Positions 24,015 to 37,764 of a stretch of 63,629 nt of DNA are shown one piece after another. The position numbers and the translations under genes are program-made. The notes beneath the pieces are model-generated. The model saw nothing but the letters and a program-made list of their open reading frames with translations, was not told the DNA's origin and ran no database searches. The stretch lies in contig NC_068998.1 of assembly GCF_001194135.2 (NCBI RefSeq), forward strand, positions 35,966,827 to 36,030,455, read 5' to 3'. Position 1 is the first letter of the stretch. Each line of letters begins with the position of its first letter. Source of the DNA: Octopus bimaculoides. Taxonomy: Eukaryota.

Positions 24015-24610
24015 ATCATCATCATCATCATTGTTTAACGTCCACTTTCCATGCTAGCATGGGTTGGACGATTTGACTGAGGACTGGTGAACCAGAAGGC
24101 TACACCAGGCTCCAATCTGATTTGGCAGAGTTTCTACAGCTGGATGCCCTTCCTAACGCCAACCACTCCGAGAGTGTAGTGGATGCTTTTACGTGCCATT
24201 GGCACGAAGGCCAGTCAGGCGGTACTGGCAACGACCACGCACCTGCACAGGAGCCAGTCCAGTGGCACTGGGAACGATCTCGCTCGAATTTCTTTACAGG
24301 TGCCATCACGATTTCGCTTTCGCTTGCCCCAACAGGTCTTCGCAAGCCGAGTTTCGTGTTCAATGAAGGAGACGACAATTGCATGGGTGCCAGTCGTCGA
24401 GTTTAGTTCAATTTCCATTTCACTTGCCTCAACAGGTCTTCGCAAGCGGAGTTTAGTGTCCAATGAAGGAAAGGTACGCATAAGTGGGCTGGCTACACCC
24501 CTGGCAGAGGCCTTGGATTTAGGTCTCACTTGGCTTGCTGGGTCTTCTCACGCACAACATATTTCCAAAGGTCTCGGTCGGAAGTCATCACCTCAGTGAG
24601 GCCCAATGTT
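24015..24610 (-). mobile_element. 5'-truncated RTE LINE: ORF end, 3' UTR with internal tandem duplication, (ATG)n tail
   Basis: - strand TLGLTEVMTSDRDLWKYVVREKTQQAK*. The UTR has a duplicated caacaggtcttcgcaag block. CpGs are well preserved, suggesting a young copy. Confidence 0.8.
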
Positions 24611-25154
24611 TTATGCTAAAACAAATTAGGATAAAACAAGGTTTAAAATCACATCCCATTAACCAAGCAGTTCAAAATACTTTCTACTCGTCTACTTTTA
24701 CATCAAGAAAAAGAAGGCCCTTTGTCTTAAACCAATTGTCTTAAAGTATATTTTACATGGCATTTTATATTTTTATATTCATTTTGTGAACCCTTATAAT
24801 TATTTAAAACAACTTCAGATTATTTTGATATTGTTTCCTTAATGATCTTATCTAAATAAGTTTGAAGGAGTTACTGCCTATTTAGATATGTGCTTCAGTT
24901 GAACTACATTATAGTATTGACAATCTCTTTTCTTTTGTTTTTTCTTTCTTCCCTTTTCTTGAGACTGATAAAGCTGGTTCTCCAAGATTAGTTGGTATAG
25001 GCAGAATGTAGGGTATTAACATTTTGTGAAGTTTTTGTTTTTTTTTCTTTGTCACAGCTTTTTGATTTCGAGCTAATTACTCAACTTTTTTGGGTTTATC
25101 TTAGTTACTGGTATTAATTAAAAATATAATTGTTACCAAGAAGAAAAATAGTCT

Positions 25155-25343
25155 GTTATTTGCTTCAGTCATTTGACTGCGGCCATGCTGGAGCACCAGC
25201 TTTAGTTGAACAAATCAACCCCAAAACTTATTCTTTGTAAGCCTAGTACTTATTCTATCAGTCCCTTTTGCTGAACTGCTAAGTTATGGGGATGTAAACA
25301 CACCAACATCAGTTGTTAAGCAATGCTGGGTGGACAAACACAG

Positions 25344-25376
<33 letters not shown>

Positions 25377-25615
25377 TACATATATATATGACAGGCTTCT
25401 TTCAGTTTCCATCTACCAAATCCACTCACAAGGCTTTTATTGGCCCAAGGCTATAATAGAAGACACTTGCTTAACGTGCCACACAGTAGGACTGAACCTG
25501 GAACCATGTGGTTGGCAACCAAGCTACTTACCACACAGCCACCCCTATACCTACAGCTACATACCACACAGCCACGCCTATGCCTATAGCTACTTACCAC
25601 ACAGCCACGCCTGTA
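25155..25615 (-). mobile_element. tRNA-derived SINE family A, full length, with a triplicated head
   Basis: Colinear with family A, with a 33-bp unit repeated three times at 25523-25615. Confidence 0.85.
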
Positions 25616-26299
25616 CCCATTTACTATCATATAATAATTTTCCTGAATAGAGCTATTTATTCAAGGTGAAACATTTTCTTTTCAGTTATTTAACTGAATT
25701 ACCTCTATTAAAATGTTATTGATTATCATAGAAATTAATGTCGATTTTATTGATTTTTTTTAGATGTGATATTTCCTAGCTATGAAGTATTGCTATTTGG
25801 TTGAAATGATCTAGTGAGTTAGGTACTAGCCTTTCACTCCGTAACTGCAATGTCATTCGAAAAATAAACGTCATAAAAATCTGGAAGCCATAAAATAACG
25901 CATGAGTAATTCAAAATAATGTGAATGAATAATCGTTACATTTGCCAGATTAATCTGAATGCTAAAGTGTTACACCTGCTTTACTTGTCTTTATGTAGGA
26001 AAACTCAACCATATCTTTGTTCATCGAGTGGCATAAATGCTAGCATGGAAAGCGGATGTTAAACGATGATGATGATGATGATGATACATAACAGGTGGGT
26101 AAGTAGGTGGGTTAGGTCTGTCCAAAAAGAAATAAAGTGAGGTTTTAAAACAGCATGCCAACTATCTGGTGTATGCAGCTGTTCTGTGCTTACAACTGCA
26201 GTGCTGTACACTGGTAACCTTGATATTAATAGCCATGTCATGCTGCATCACTCAGTAGTCTGTGTATAGTTTTCATGATCATTTGAATAAGGAAGATTT

Positions 26300-27110
26300 A
26301 GAGAGGCAACATGTTTGTGTGAAATTTCTGTTTCAAATTAAGAACTTCTACAGAGACTTTTATAAAGCTGTGTGCCTGGCTTTGGGGAGTGGAGATTTCT
26401 TGAGCAGTATATAGTGTTAGAATCTGTGCCAGCATTTCAAATTGGGAGAAATATCCACGAAAGATGATCCCATATCTGGATGACCTTCCGTGACCATCAA
26501 TAGCAGCCACGGTGCAAAGGGAATTGGTACCTGGTTTGTAAAGTTCCCAAACAAGGAGGCAATAGTATAAGTTTGTGCCATATGATTTCAAAGGAAAAAT
26601 TTCAGATGTCTCATATCACAAACTTTGTGCCATTTCTACTGACAGAGGAACCAAAACAAAACTGAGTCATGAGTTGCTGAGTCAGGAGCTGTTTGAGCAT
26701 TTTAATATTGATGAATATTTTCTGAAAACCTATAAGATGATAAAATGCATCATCTATTCAGCTATGATGGCAACACAAAAATGCTGTTATTGTGTGGGTA
26801 AGATCATTGTTCCTGAAACCAAAAGAAAAGAACACTGGACTCATTGAAATGTGAAGATAATATTGATTGTCCTCTTTTAATTGGAAGGGCATCATTTGTC
26901 ATGATTTGTTCCATATGATCAGATGATCAATAAAATGTTTTACCTGGTTGTTTTGAGGTATGGACAAACAAAAATTAAATACTGCACTGTGACTTTGCAT
27001 ATTCCTCTCTGATGCAACATGCCTTCACAGAGACTTTTTGGCTAAACACAAGACAACTCTCATCCCCCACTTAACCTCTGATTTGGCTCCTGTGGGCTTT
27101 TTTCATATTT
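26300..27110 (+). mobile_element. Heavily decayed mariner transposase (irritans-like)
   Basis: RQHVCVKF, KDDPISG*PS, KFVP, ..VFFNWKGIICHD.VPYDQMINKMFYL.VL and an HDNAPAH-like tgatgcaacatgccttcac appear in order across frames. Confidence 0.65.
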
Positions 27111-28864
27111 TCTAACAAATAGTAGAATTACAAAATCCTAGTAAAACCCTTCTCATACTATACATACTGCCAAACACCAGCAACAACCATCAACTAATGG
27201 CTGTTGCTAATGTTTGGCAGTGTGTTCCATGTATATGTACCCTACATATGTAAGCACATATGGATCCCAAATTGGTTTGCATGTGCACATAAATGCGTAT
27301 TCCTGGTGGACAGGATAAGAAGGATGAATCCATGCATAGGTTTTTGTTTCCTTCTATAGAGAGAGTCATGACTGAAAGAGAGGAGGACTACCAACTGAGG
27401 GATTAGCAGTTCATATACTGGCACCAGTGTTGCCCTGTATCCATGGTAAAGACATGTAGCTCTCAAAGTACCCAGTTCACCTGACTGTAAGTAGGTAATG
27501 CCTGTTGTCATAGCATACTATAAGTAGCAGGATATTCTAAAGTTGATGTGTTTTGTGAAGTTACACTTCTGAGTTGTTCCTCTTCCCAGATTTTGTCCAT
27601 TTTCGAGAGAAGTTGCTACTAGTTACTTTTGAAGTCTTCTTTGAACAGTAAGATATCAGTTTAGCTGGAAAGAAACAATGCAGTTATTAATAAGAAGCGT
27701 TGAAATTAATGCATACAAGATTTCACAGGTCTAACATCACTCATTCATAGCCAGCCTATGAACTTTTCTGCCCACCCTCATATACATGCATAGCTGTATA
27801 ATTAAGTGGCTTGTGTGTGTGTCTGTATGAATGTGTGCATATATATGCTTTTGTTTGTAGGTGTCAGTCTTCATATAAACAATACAATACTGCCTGAACA
27901 TGTGAATGAACTGTATACATATGCAATACATATTATAACTGTATAAGACAATAGAATGTACATGGAAATATGTAAGAGGAATTTCTAAGCCACACATCTG
28001 CTTCTTATTTCTTCAAATACCCTACTACATTATGCATGCTATTATGTTTTAATTAAAATCAAATTCATAAAGCAAAAATATTTTGTTTACAAATGAAACT
28101 CAAAAACATTTTTGTTTACATTTAGTTAGGAGACGGATGTTAAAGCGGTTTGCTTGGTATTATTTATTACAAGGTCAACTTTGATTAAGTAGTGCTATGG
28201 TCAAAAACATTCCAGTTGTGACAATCCAGTTGGACTATGTTATCTTATGTTTTATCTTTTACTTGTTTCAGTCTTCTGATTGTGGCCATGCTGGGGCACT
28301 GCCTTCAAGGGATTTTTAGTTAAACAAATTAACTTCAGGATTTATTTTTTAAAGCTTTGGTCATAGATTATACACTTTCTCAACTCACGTAATATTTAAT
28401 TTTTACAGGGAAGATCTAATGTTGATTATTATAGTTTACCAGCCCCTGATGAATGAAACATGGAGTGTGTCTTAACAGAGTTTAAGTGTGAGACCAAGAA
28501 GATCAGAACTGAATTAAGATAAATAATCCAGTAATGGATTGAGTCCTGTACTTTTTTGAATGACTTATTCAGAAAAATGCACCTATACCTCAATATATTT
28601 TTTAAGTGTTAATCAGGAGTGTCTTGGCAATGCCCATGAATTTTGCTACTCACCTCCACACCTGACTGATGAGAATGATTTGGTTGATGTTCAGCTTGAA
28701 CACAAGTCAATATCCTTATTTGTAGGAAGAAACATGGGCATGGAGTGAATTTTGCAAGATAAAGCAAAGCTTCAGCAGGACTTATTAGGGTATAAAACTA
28801 TGTAAATCGACAAATGTGAGACAAAGGGTGATCAGTGTCAAGTGATTGACTTCAATTATTTTAA

Positions 28865-29085
28865 TCCTTTAGCATTTAAACTAGCCATTCTGACCCAAAT
28901 ATTCCACCTATTTTATGGTTGAGCCATCCGGATCAGGCCTGTCACACCTACCCTACAAAGTCATTCTGAAAATAAACAATCACATCATCAAAATCTCAAA
29001 GCTATGAGATAATGCATGATTAATTAAAAAAAATTGTGAATGTCTAAGCTTTACATTTGAACAGAGGAATCTGAATGTTAAAGGG
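28865..29085 (+). mobile_element. piggyBac-like MITE (same family as 21689)
   Basis: TTAA then tcctttagcattt...ctgaatgttaaaggg; the right TSD is degraded. Confidence 0.7.
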
Positions 29086-30289
29086 TCATAGCTTACTCAC
29101 TTCTGTAGTCAAGAAATCAAAAAGCTCACCGGGTGTCTTGTATTCCACTGCATGCCTTAATTTGCCTATCTGATGATGATGGTTCCATTTTGATTACATA
29201 GATGAGTGGTTAATAGCAGAAAGAGCATTTAGCAAATTATATGCAAATATCGAATTTGCCATCCTCCTTTTACCATCACCACTACTAAATCATGCTGGTA
29301 TGAAAGAAACAGATTATTTTCAAAATTAAGTAAAACACCTCAGATATTTCACCAGAAACAGGGCTAATGAAAGATTAATAATCAGAACCTCAGTCCAGAA
29401 TGAAAGCGTCTGGAATGGTTAATTCCAGAATAACTTGGTAGAATTGATAGAGTATCAAAGGAAATATTTGGCAGTATCTAGTTGTAGCCCTTCAAGTTCA
29501 AATCACACTGATGTCGATTTTTTTTTTCCTTTTATTTTTACAGGGGTCAATAAAATAAAAATACCTATTTGAGTCAATATAAGGCCTGTACCCTTCAAAT
29601 TTTTAGATCTAAGTCTAAGTGGGTGGTTATATGCCTTGTATTAATTGCCATCTCTAGAGGGAACCACATATTATTTTATTGGATTTTACGAAATTATTCA
29701 AAATTTATTCTTTTCAAAATTAATTAGAAATAAGGTCAGGAAGGAGATAAGTGCCAGTACCTCCTTCCATTCCGAAGATTTGTGCCAATGTCCAAAATTC
29801 TCATCATTATCACCATCACCATCAGATACATTGGTCTTTTTTTTCTTTTTTTTTTCATTTCTGAGAATATATGGGTGAACTGTATCTTAATCCTCCATCA
29901 TTTGTTAACCCTTCAATAAACCCTAGTTTCTGAAAGGTCATACCTGAATTGACCGCTAACAAAGTAGTTACTGTCATTTATTATTATTATTATCTTGACT
30001 CTCTCCCTCTCCCCACCCCTTCTCTCTTCTTTCCTCTCTCTCTCTCTTTCTTTCCCTTATCTTTCTCTCTCTCTCCACTTTTTGTTAATCACTTTCAGCA
30101 GCAGTAAGTTCTAGTTCCATTTCCTCTGTAAACATTATCTATAAATTAACCCCCTAAACATGTATAAACTAACTATTCCTGCCCTCCTACTTCCCCTCTC
30201 TCAACTTCGCTACTCCTTTACATTTTCTTTCCCTTCTATAAATTCAAATATAATTTGATATAAACATTTCAATTAGCCTATATTGAAAT

Positions 30290-30419
30290 ATGCCATTGCC
30301 ACTTGGTTTTCTTTGTGGTGGTGTTTGTATGGCTGTGGCGGTAGTGATGGCCATGGTGTTGTTTTTGTTATTGGTGGTGACGATGGTTGTGGTCATGGTG
30401 GTGGTGTTGGTGATGGTTG

Positions 30420-30451
<32 letters not shown>

Positions 30452-30880
30452 GATGATAGTGGTGACTGTCATTGGGGTGGTTTATGGTGGCAATGATAGT
30501 GGTGGTGGCAGTTATAGTAATAGTGATAAAGGTGGTGGTGGCAGTGCTGCAGCTGTTGCTACTACTAGAGATGCTTTTTGCTGTTAGCACTGATAATGTT
30601 GGTGATGATGATAATGATGTTGGTTATGTTAGCAAAAAACTGAGGAAGTTGTTGGTGAATTTGCTTTTTGTTGTTTGTAGTAGTGGTGATGCTGCTGATG
30701 CAATGGTTATTTTGATGCAGTTGAACTTTTGTTGTTGGTAATGGTGGTGTTAGTGCCACTGAACTCTTGTTGTTTAGAGTGATGGTAATAATGCAGTTGA
30801 ACTCTTGTTGTTGTGGTGTTGGTGGTAGTGACACAGTTGCTGTTACTGATTGTGATGGTGGCTAGATGTGGTTGTTGTTT
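30290..30880. repeat. Compound trinucleotide low-complexity tract (GGT/GTT/GAT)
   Basis: Direct inspection. It includes an imperfect repeat of gcagttgaactcttgttgtt. Confidence 0.85.
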
Positions 30881-31352
30881 AACCCTGCCCCATGTCAAGC
30901 CAGGTTGCACAATCCTATGATCAAAAGCATCCCATTTTTTCAGGTCCTTTTCTCAATATTCGTAGGTGATTCGATTCCTATTTCTAGCAAGTCAGGTAAC
31001 TGTATAGATCTGTCACGGGTAAACTATGGCCTGTACCACTTTCTGGATGACATGCTTAACAAAAAATTACCTTGACTTATTTTAGCAGTGCACCTCACCT
31101 GATGAAGAACCTTGTCTTATGCAGCCCACTTCTTGAAAAAAGGGGGCCCATGCTTGACATAGATTCTACCTCATATTTGCTGGTGGTGAGCAAATATGAG
31201 GTAAATAAGTCAGCCCTGATAAAACATATCTTTGTTTAAAGGACGTAGTGGATAATGTATTCTGACTTTCATACTACTTGATACAAAGGTGGGGTGGTCA
31301 CAACTTTCAGATTGTATCAAGTAGTATGTAAATCAGAATACATTATCCACTA

Positions 31353-31690
31353 TCTCTTTAGTCTTTACTCTTTTACTTGTTTCAGTCATTTTTCTGCAGC
31401 CATGCTGGAGCACCGCCTTTAGTCGAGCAAATCGACCCCAAAACTTATTCTTTGGAAGCCTAGTACTTATTCTATCAGTCTCTTTTTGCTGAACCACTAA
31501 GTTACGGGGACGTAAACACACCACCATCAGTTGTCAAGCGATGGTGGTGGGACAGACACAGACACACAAACATATATACATATATATACGACAGGCTTCT
31601 TTCAGTTTCCGTCTACCAAATCCACTCACAAGGCTTTGGTCGGCCTGAGGCTATAGTAGAAGACACTTGCCCAAGGTGCCACGCAGTGGG
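31353..31690 (-). mobile_element. tRNA-derived SINE family A, young, 5'-truncated
   Basis: High similarity to 53063-53451, with CpGs retained. Confidence 0.9.
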
Positions 31691-33779
31691 AATGAGTCCT
31701 TTTGTTTTTAAATATAGTCAGATTTGAAGGAAAATTTAGCTGCTATTTTTAGCAGGTTAAGTAACCATGTAAAGGCTCCCTCATTTACTTGTTTTTGTTT
31801 CAATCATTAGACTGCATCCATGCTGGGGCACTGGTTTGAAGAATTTTAGTTGAACTTGTCGACCCTGGTACTTATTACTATTTTGTGAAGCCTGGTACTT
31901 ATTCTACCAGTCTCTTTTGCTGAACTGTTAAGTTACAGGAACTTCGACACACTAGCACTGGTTGTCATGCTGTGGTGGGGGACAAACACACACACACACA
32001 CACCATCGTCATCATCATCATTTAACATCTGTTTCCATGCTGGCATGGGTTGGACAGTTTGACTGAAAACTGGCAAGCTGGGGAGCTGCACCGGACTCCA
32101 GTTTGATTTGGTGTGGTTTCTACAGCTGGATGCTCTTAATAGGCTTCTTTCTGTTTTCGTCTACCAAATCCACTCACAAGGCTTTGGTCAACCCAGGGCT
32201 ATGTAGCAGAAGACACTTGCTCAAGGTGTCACACAGTGGGACTGAACCTGGAACCATGTAGTTGGGAAGCAAACTTCTTGCCACGCAGCCACGTGTGTGT
32301 TATGTGTGTATGGCATGCATGTGTGTTTGTATTTGTGCTCGTCTCCAGCATTCATTGTTTATGTCCCTGTAACTTAACATCCATTGTTTGTTTGCTTACG
32401 TCCTGTAACTTAACAGTTCATCAAAAGATACCGATAGAATAAGTTTCAGGCTTGAAAAAAAATGTACTGGGGTCGACTCATTTGACTCTTCAAAACAGTG
32501 TTGGGGCAGGAATTCAGTCTGATGACTGAAACAAATGAAAGATAAAAGATTCATCCATTTTCACCACCCCTTATTCTTAAGTAAGCTGTTGTGGGTACAG
32601 TCCTCAGGCACTTCCTACATAGGGTTCTGCCAGAAGCAACCATCATTAAAATCAACTGCTCTACCCCTAAGCATGACCAATTAAGACTATGGATATTATC
32701 ATACCATCCTGTTTGTTGTCTGCCCTTTAGGTCTTCTGTTAGTTGGCTCAGTTTGCAGAATCTTTTCTTGCACACCTTTCCTCCTATGGAATTCTATCAA
32801 CATGACCATTTAAATTTATGCATGTTTCTTGTTTTTGCTTTTTATTTTCTTTATTGCATCATTCATTCCAAATTAATTTTTACTCCTCTCTCCCTTTAGT
32901 TTATCCTCACATCTCCTCTCTAGATATAAATATTATTGTGGTGATAGAGGTGGTGGAAATCAAAATAACAATGCTTATTTAAACTAAATTAAAAATATTA
33001 TTATTATTATTATTATTATTATTATCATCATCATCGTTATTAAAAACAAAGTGTGTTAAACCTGAGTGTCAATATGTTTTATTGTAAACAATTTATTGTA
33101 TCAAAAGCATAAAACATTAACTCTCAGACTAATCACTTTGTTCTTTATTTGAAGTGACCTAGCTGTGTTTCCATGAACAGGTAACACCAGGACTGAGAGA
33201 GAAAGAAGAGAGAGAATGGTAGGAGTAGGCATAGAAAAGGGTGAGAATGAGAGGAGGAGAGAGTGAGAACAAGAGAGACACATGTATTATTTAAAACCTG
33301 TTTGTTTTGTCTCTTTTGGTTGTGTATTTTTATTGAAAACCATTGCCATTTTTTAAATTAATTTTCAAAATGTGAAAAAGTTAGTGAACAGCTTTGACAT
33401 TATAAAGTTGATATTATGAAACTGGTGTTTGGAACATAAATTTTGATGGAGAATTTTAATTTAGATTACTTTAAAGCAGGATTCTTGTATCATAGTCAGA
33501 ATTGGTCTCGGTTAGGATGATAACAAAAGAGACATATCTACTATTTTCAAATTTTAATCAAATTATATTGCTGTGTAGAATAATGCTTAGTAATTAATTT
33601 TTGCATAATAAGGTCAACGTGAACATTGTTTTATAAAGTAAATGTCACATGTTTATCTGAGACTATATACCATGTTTCTGGTAGATGGAATCATATGGCT
33701 GTTTGGTTACAGTATTGCATTGCCAGCCCATTTGGATCTGAGTTCATATCAGATGCAAATGCTTCAATGCATTTAGGAG

Positions 33780-34280
33780 GCAGAACACTTGTTTGGACAA
33801 ATCTGACAACTTGTCTGATAAGGTTGAGATCACCGCTAACCTTGAGAATGATCTTCGAGTGGGGTAGGAAATGGCTTGTAATGTTTTCAATCCATCGAAA
33901 CCTAAACTTCTCTCAATTAATCACTTCACACATCCTTTCTTGCCTCGGTTTCGATGGATGGTNNNNNNNNNNTCGTTCTCTTCATCTCATAGAAGTGACT
34001 TTCTGTAATGATTTTACTTGGAGGACTTACATTGAATCTATTGCCAAATCGGCTGCAATGAAGGTAGGCTCACTCCTTCATTTGAGGAGTTATCTCACTC
34101 CTGACACTATTCTTTATCCTTATAAGTTCACATTCGCCCCTGCATTGAGTACTGTTGTCACATGAACAGGGGCTCCTGCGGATTGTTTAACATTGTTGGA
34201 CTGCAGTCAATGCTGTATTTGTAATGTTATTGGTCCTGATCTATCTTCTAAATTGGATTCACTCTCTCATCGTCATTTCA
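33780..34280 (+). mobile_element. L2/CR1-group LINE RT C-terminal remnant
   Basis: EWGRKWLVMF(N)PSK.KLLSI...VTFCNDFTWRTYIESIAKSAAMKVGSLLHLRSYLTPDTILYPYK..IRPCIEYCCH...LSSKLDSLSHR. Confidence 0.8.
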
Positions 34281-34455
34281 GTACTGATTCTTATTTTTAA
34301 AGTCTGGTTATTATTCCATTGGACTCTTTTGCTGAACTGCTATGTTGAAGGGATCTAAACAAACCAACACCAGTTGTCAAGTGGTGGTAGAGGGAAAACA
34401 CAGTCACAAAGACACACATATAGGAGTGTGTGTGTGTGTGTAATATAAATGAGTA

Positions 34456-34729
34456 ACAGGAGAGGGACAAGTTTCAATCCATTATGGCCATTTCTAACCA
34501 CTACTTTAATTATTAATGAAAACATTTACATCATTGTAAAGAAACCATTTTCGTCAGATGAATTCATCAATTTCCAAAATAAAGGACATTCAAAATGATT
34601 TAATAAAGTTTAAAATCCACAGAACAAAAAAACATTTACAGTCATTCTGCTGCTATTTCAGTTGACATTACTCAATTAAAGGAGTCGTTAGAAATGGCCA
34701 TAATGGATCGACACCTGTACCTCTACTGT
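34456..34729. mobile_element. TA-flanked MITE with about 43-bp TIRs, 274 bp
   Basis: acaggagagggacaagtttcaatccattatggccatttctaac matches the reverse complement of 34687-34729 with 5 mismatches. TA lies on both sides. Confidence 0.85.
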
Positions 34730-34806
34730 TAAACATATTTTTATTCACCTGTCTTGGAATCTGCCCTTTGTAAATATTATGGACAATACATTTAATATAA
34801 TGTACA

Positions 34807-36132
34807 CTAGCAGTATAACCCGGCGCTGCTCGGGATTAAGCTAGGATTATTAAATGATTAAATCCTTTATTTCAAACCAAAATAAGTAACATCGACATCA
34901 GATTTGAGCGAAATCCGTTGAAATTGGTTTGGCTGAAAATGGTTTGCTGGAAATTTGATTGGGAAATCCCATAAGGAATCAGTTTATTGGTTATTTTCAC
35001 TTATTGACTCTTTTTTTAAATGTTGCATTAGAGATCTGCATAGGAGAAGGTTGATCTGAAGGTTTGCATTGGGGATCTGGATTGGAGTAACTTAGGAAAG
35101 CTTACCAACAACCTTAACCAAAAAATAAGGAGCCTGTCCCTTCTATGTTAACTNNNNNNNNNNNNNNNNNNNNNNNNNNNNNNNNNNNNNNNNNNNNNNN
35201 NNNNNNNNNNNNNNNNNNNNNNNNNNNNNNNNNNNNNNNNNNNNNNNNNNNNNNNNNNNNNNNNNNNNNNNNNNNNNNNNNNNNNNNNNNNNNNNNNNNN
35301 NNNNNNNNNNNNNNNNNNNNNNNNNNNNNNNNNNNNNNNNNNNNNNNNNNNNNNNNNNNNNNNNNNNNNNNNNNNNNNNNNNNNNNNNNNNNNNNNNNNN
35401 NNNNNNNNNNNNNNNNNNNNNNNNNNNNNNNNNNNNNNNNNNNNNNNNNNNNNNNNNNNNNNNNNNNNNNNNNNNNNNNNNNNNNNNNNNNNNNNNNNNN
35501 NNNNNNNNNNNNNNNNNNNNNNNNNNNNNNNNNNNNNNNNNNNNNNNNNNNNNNNNNNNNNNNNNNNNNNNNNNNNNNNNNNNNNNNNNNNNNNNNNNNN
35601 NNNNNNNNNNNNNNNNNNNNNNNNNNNNNNNNNNNNNNNNNNNNNNNNNNNNNNNNNNNNNNNNNNNNNNNNNNNNNNNNNNNNNNNNNNNNNNNNNNNN
35701 NNNNNNNNNNNNNNNNNNNNNNNNNNNNNNNNNNNNNNNNNNNNNNNNNNNNNNNNNNNNNNNNNNNNNNNNNNNNNNNNNNNNNNNNNNNNNNNNNNNN
35801 NNNNNNNNNNNNNNNNNNNNNNNNNNNTCTCTCTCTTTCTTTCTTTCTCCCTCTCTTTCTTTCTTTCTCTCTCTCTCTCTTGCTCTCTCTCCTTCACGCG
35901 CGTACGCACAGATTTGACTTCGCCATGTCAACAAACTTCAAAATTGGTAAAAGTTTATCGATTTTTACAGCTATACGCGGGTGCCTCTGTGAGAAAAAGT
36001 TGACAAAAACACAGCTAGGGTCATGAACAATGTCCTCCTAAAATTGGAGCGACATGCGTGCTAATTTGTGGACGTGCATAACCCACATCACGTACACACA
36101 CACACAAACATCTTGTGTTTTATAGATATTGA
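34807..36132 (-). mobile_element. Non-autonomous Helitron (contains gap 35154-35827)
   Basis: - strand 5' A|TC at 36132 (tcaatatctataaa). 3' hairpin cccgagcagcgccggg then CTAG|T at 34807. Continuity across the gap is assumed. Confidence 0.65.
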
Positions 36133-36400
36133 TGTTTGAATAGCTCAAGAGTGGATTTCTTCACTCAGCTGCTTCTAATTGTATACACACACTGCAAGAA
36201 TACCATTCCTACAGGTACCTCTGTACTAAGTTTGATATTTACATAATATTGTTGTGTGTGTATATTATTCTGACCTAACAAGGTGCCTAAATTTAAGTAT
36301 CTAATTCAACTGAATCTTACTTATATATATATGCATTTACATATGTGTGAGTGTGTGTGTCTGTGTGTATATATTTGTGTGTGTGTATACATGTGTATAT

Positions 36401-37030
36401 ACCAGGTAGAAGCACCACTGATCCTATATTCCTGATTTGACAACTACAGGAGAAATACCTAACTAAAGATAAACCCCTATACTTAACATTTGTGGACTTG
36501 AAGAAAGCCTTTGACAGGGACCTCCGATCCCATATCTGGTGTGCCATGTGGAAACTGGAGATAGACGAATTGTTAATAAGGGCTGTACAGGCCCTATACA
36601 GAGAGGCCATTAGTAAGGTTAGGATCGGCAATGAGTATAGTGAAGAATTTCGGGTAGAAGAAGGGGTCCACCAAGGATCAGCCCTAAGTCCCCTTTTATT
36701 CATCATAGTCCTCCAGGCAATAACAGAGGAATTCAAGACGAGTTGCCCCTGGGAACTCCTCTATGCTGATGACCAGGCCCTCATAGCAGAATCACTACCA
36801 GAACTAGGGAAGAAATTTCGGGTGTGGAAGCGAAGCTTAGAATCAATGTAGCAAAGACCAAAGTTCTAGTAAGTAGGAAGGCAAACTCATCACACACCCC
36901 TGCTCGATCTGTAGAAAAGGTGGAGGTAGAAACTCCATAAAATGTACCCAGTGTAAGCTATGGACACATAAGAGGTGCAGCGACATCAAAGGAAGATTAG
37001 ATGGGAAGATAGCTTTCATGTGCAGCATGT
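36401..37030 (+). mobile_element. RTE LINE reverse transcriptase fragment
   Basis: PGRSTTDPIFLI*QLQEKYL...FVDLKKAFDR...GVHQGSALSPLLFIIVL...PWELLYADD, containing the YADD catalytic motif. Confidence 0.92.
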
Positions 37031-37714
37031 CATCTTTCACCATTAGAAATTCAGTGTATCAATGGTTGGCCCATCGGGAACCTATGACTTGACTGACACA
37101 GTTCTTCACAGAATACAAGAATATAAGATATTGAGATAAATTGAAACTAACAACCAGAAGCTGAAATAATGAATCTGATAATGACAGTAACAACAACACT
37201 ACCAACAGTAAATCATCTAAGATTACTCCATATGTCTGCCAGCACAGAACAGCTGTTTATTAGAGTACAACTGTACAGAGTTCTTTATCTTGAACTTTGG
37301 ATCACAATATTGTCACTATCACACTCATTACAGACTCACTTGTAAATCACCTCTTTAATCTTTTTGTAATTCAAGATGCACAAAACCTATGCTCCACATA
37401 GTGTTAGTAATCGGTGATGTCATACAGATACAGAGTTCAGCACCTCTTGAAATTTCATCTATCAGTGTCATCATAGCCCAGGTCATTACCATTTCTGATC
37501 AAATTAAAATCTACTGCATAGAGGGAGTCAATCAAAAGGTGGTGTTGGTCGTAGGTTCCTAATGAGCCAGTTTCTGACGCACTGTTTTCCTAATGGTGAG
37601 AGTGACCAGGGATTGTCAGTATTACTCGGGTGGAATAAACACTACAAAGTATTATTTTGTTTGATGCACCTGTTTATCAGCAATATTTTCGCTGATCTTC
37701 ATGTCTTGCATCAA

Positions 37715-37764
<50 letters not shown>

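Noticed and set aside
30290-30910. Poly-Gln, Thr, His and Val ORFs on both strands
   Set aside because: Compound trinucleotide repeat with no splice context or domain.
31098-31140. CTGATGA motifs at about 28445, 31100 (+) and 51400 (-) as further hammerheads
   Set aside because: None has a proper stem II directly followed by GAAA and a stem III/NUH.
36150-36220. ...YHSYR|gtacct as a candidate CDO exon 1 end; also KVNVNIVL at about 33610
   Set aside because: Neither has the conserved W..(Y/F)AKFD pattern, and the second is closed by a stop.
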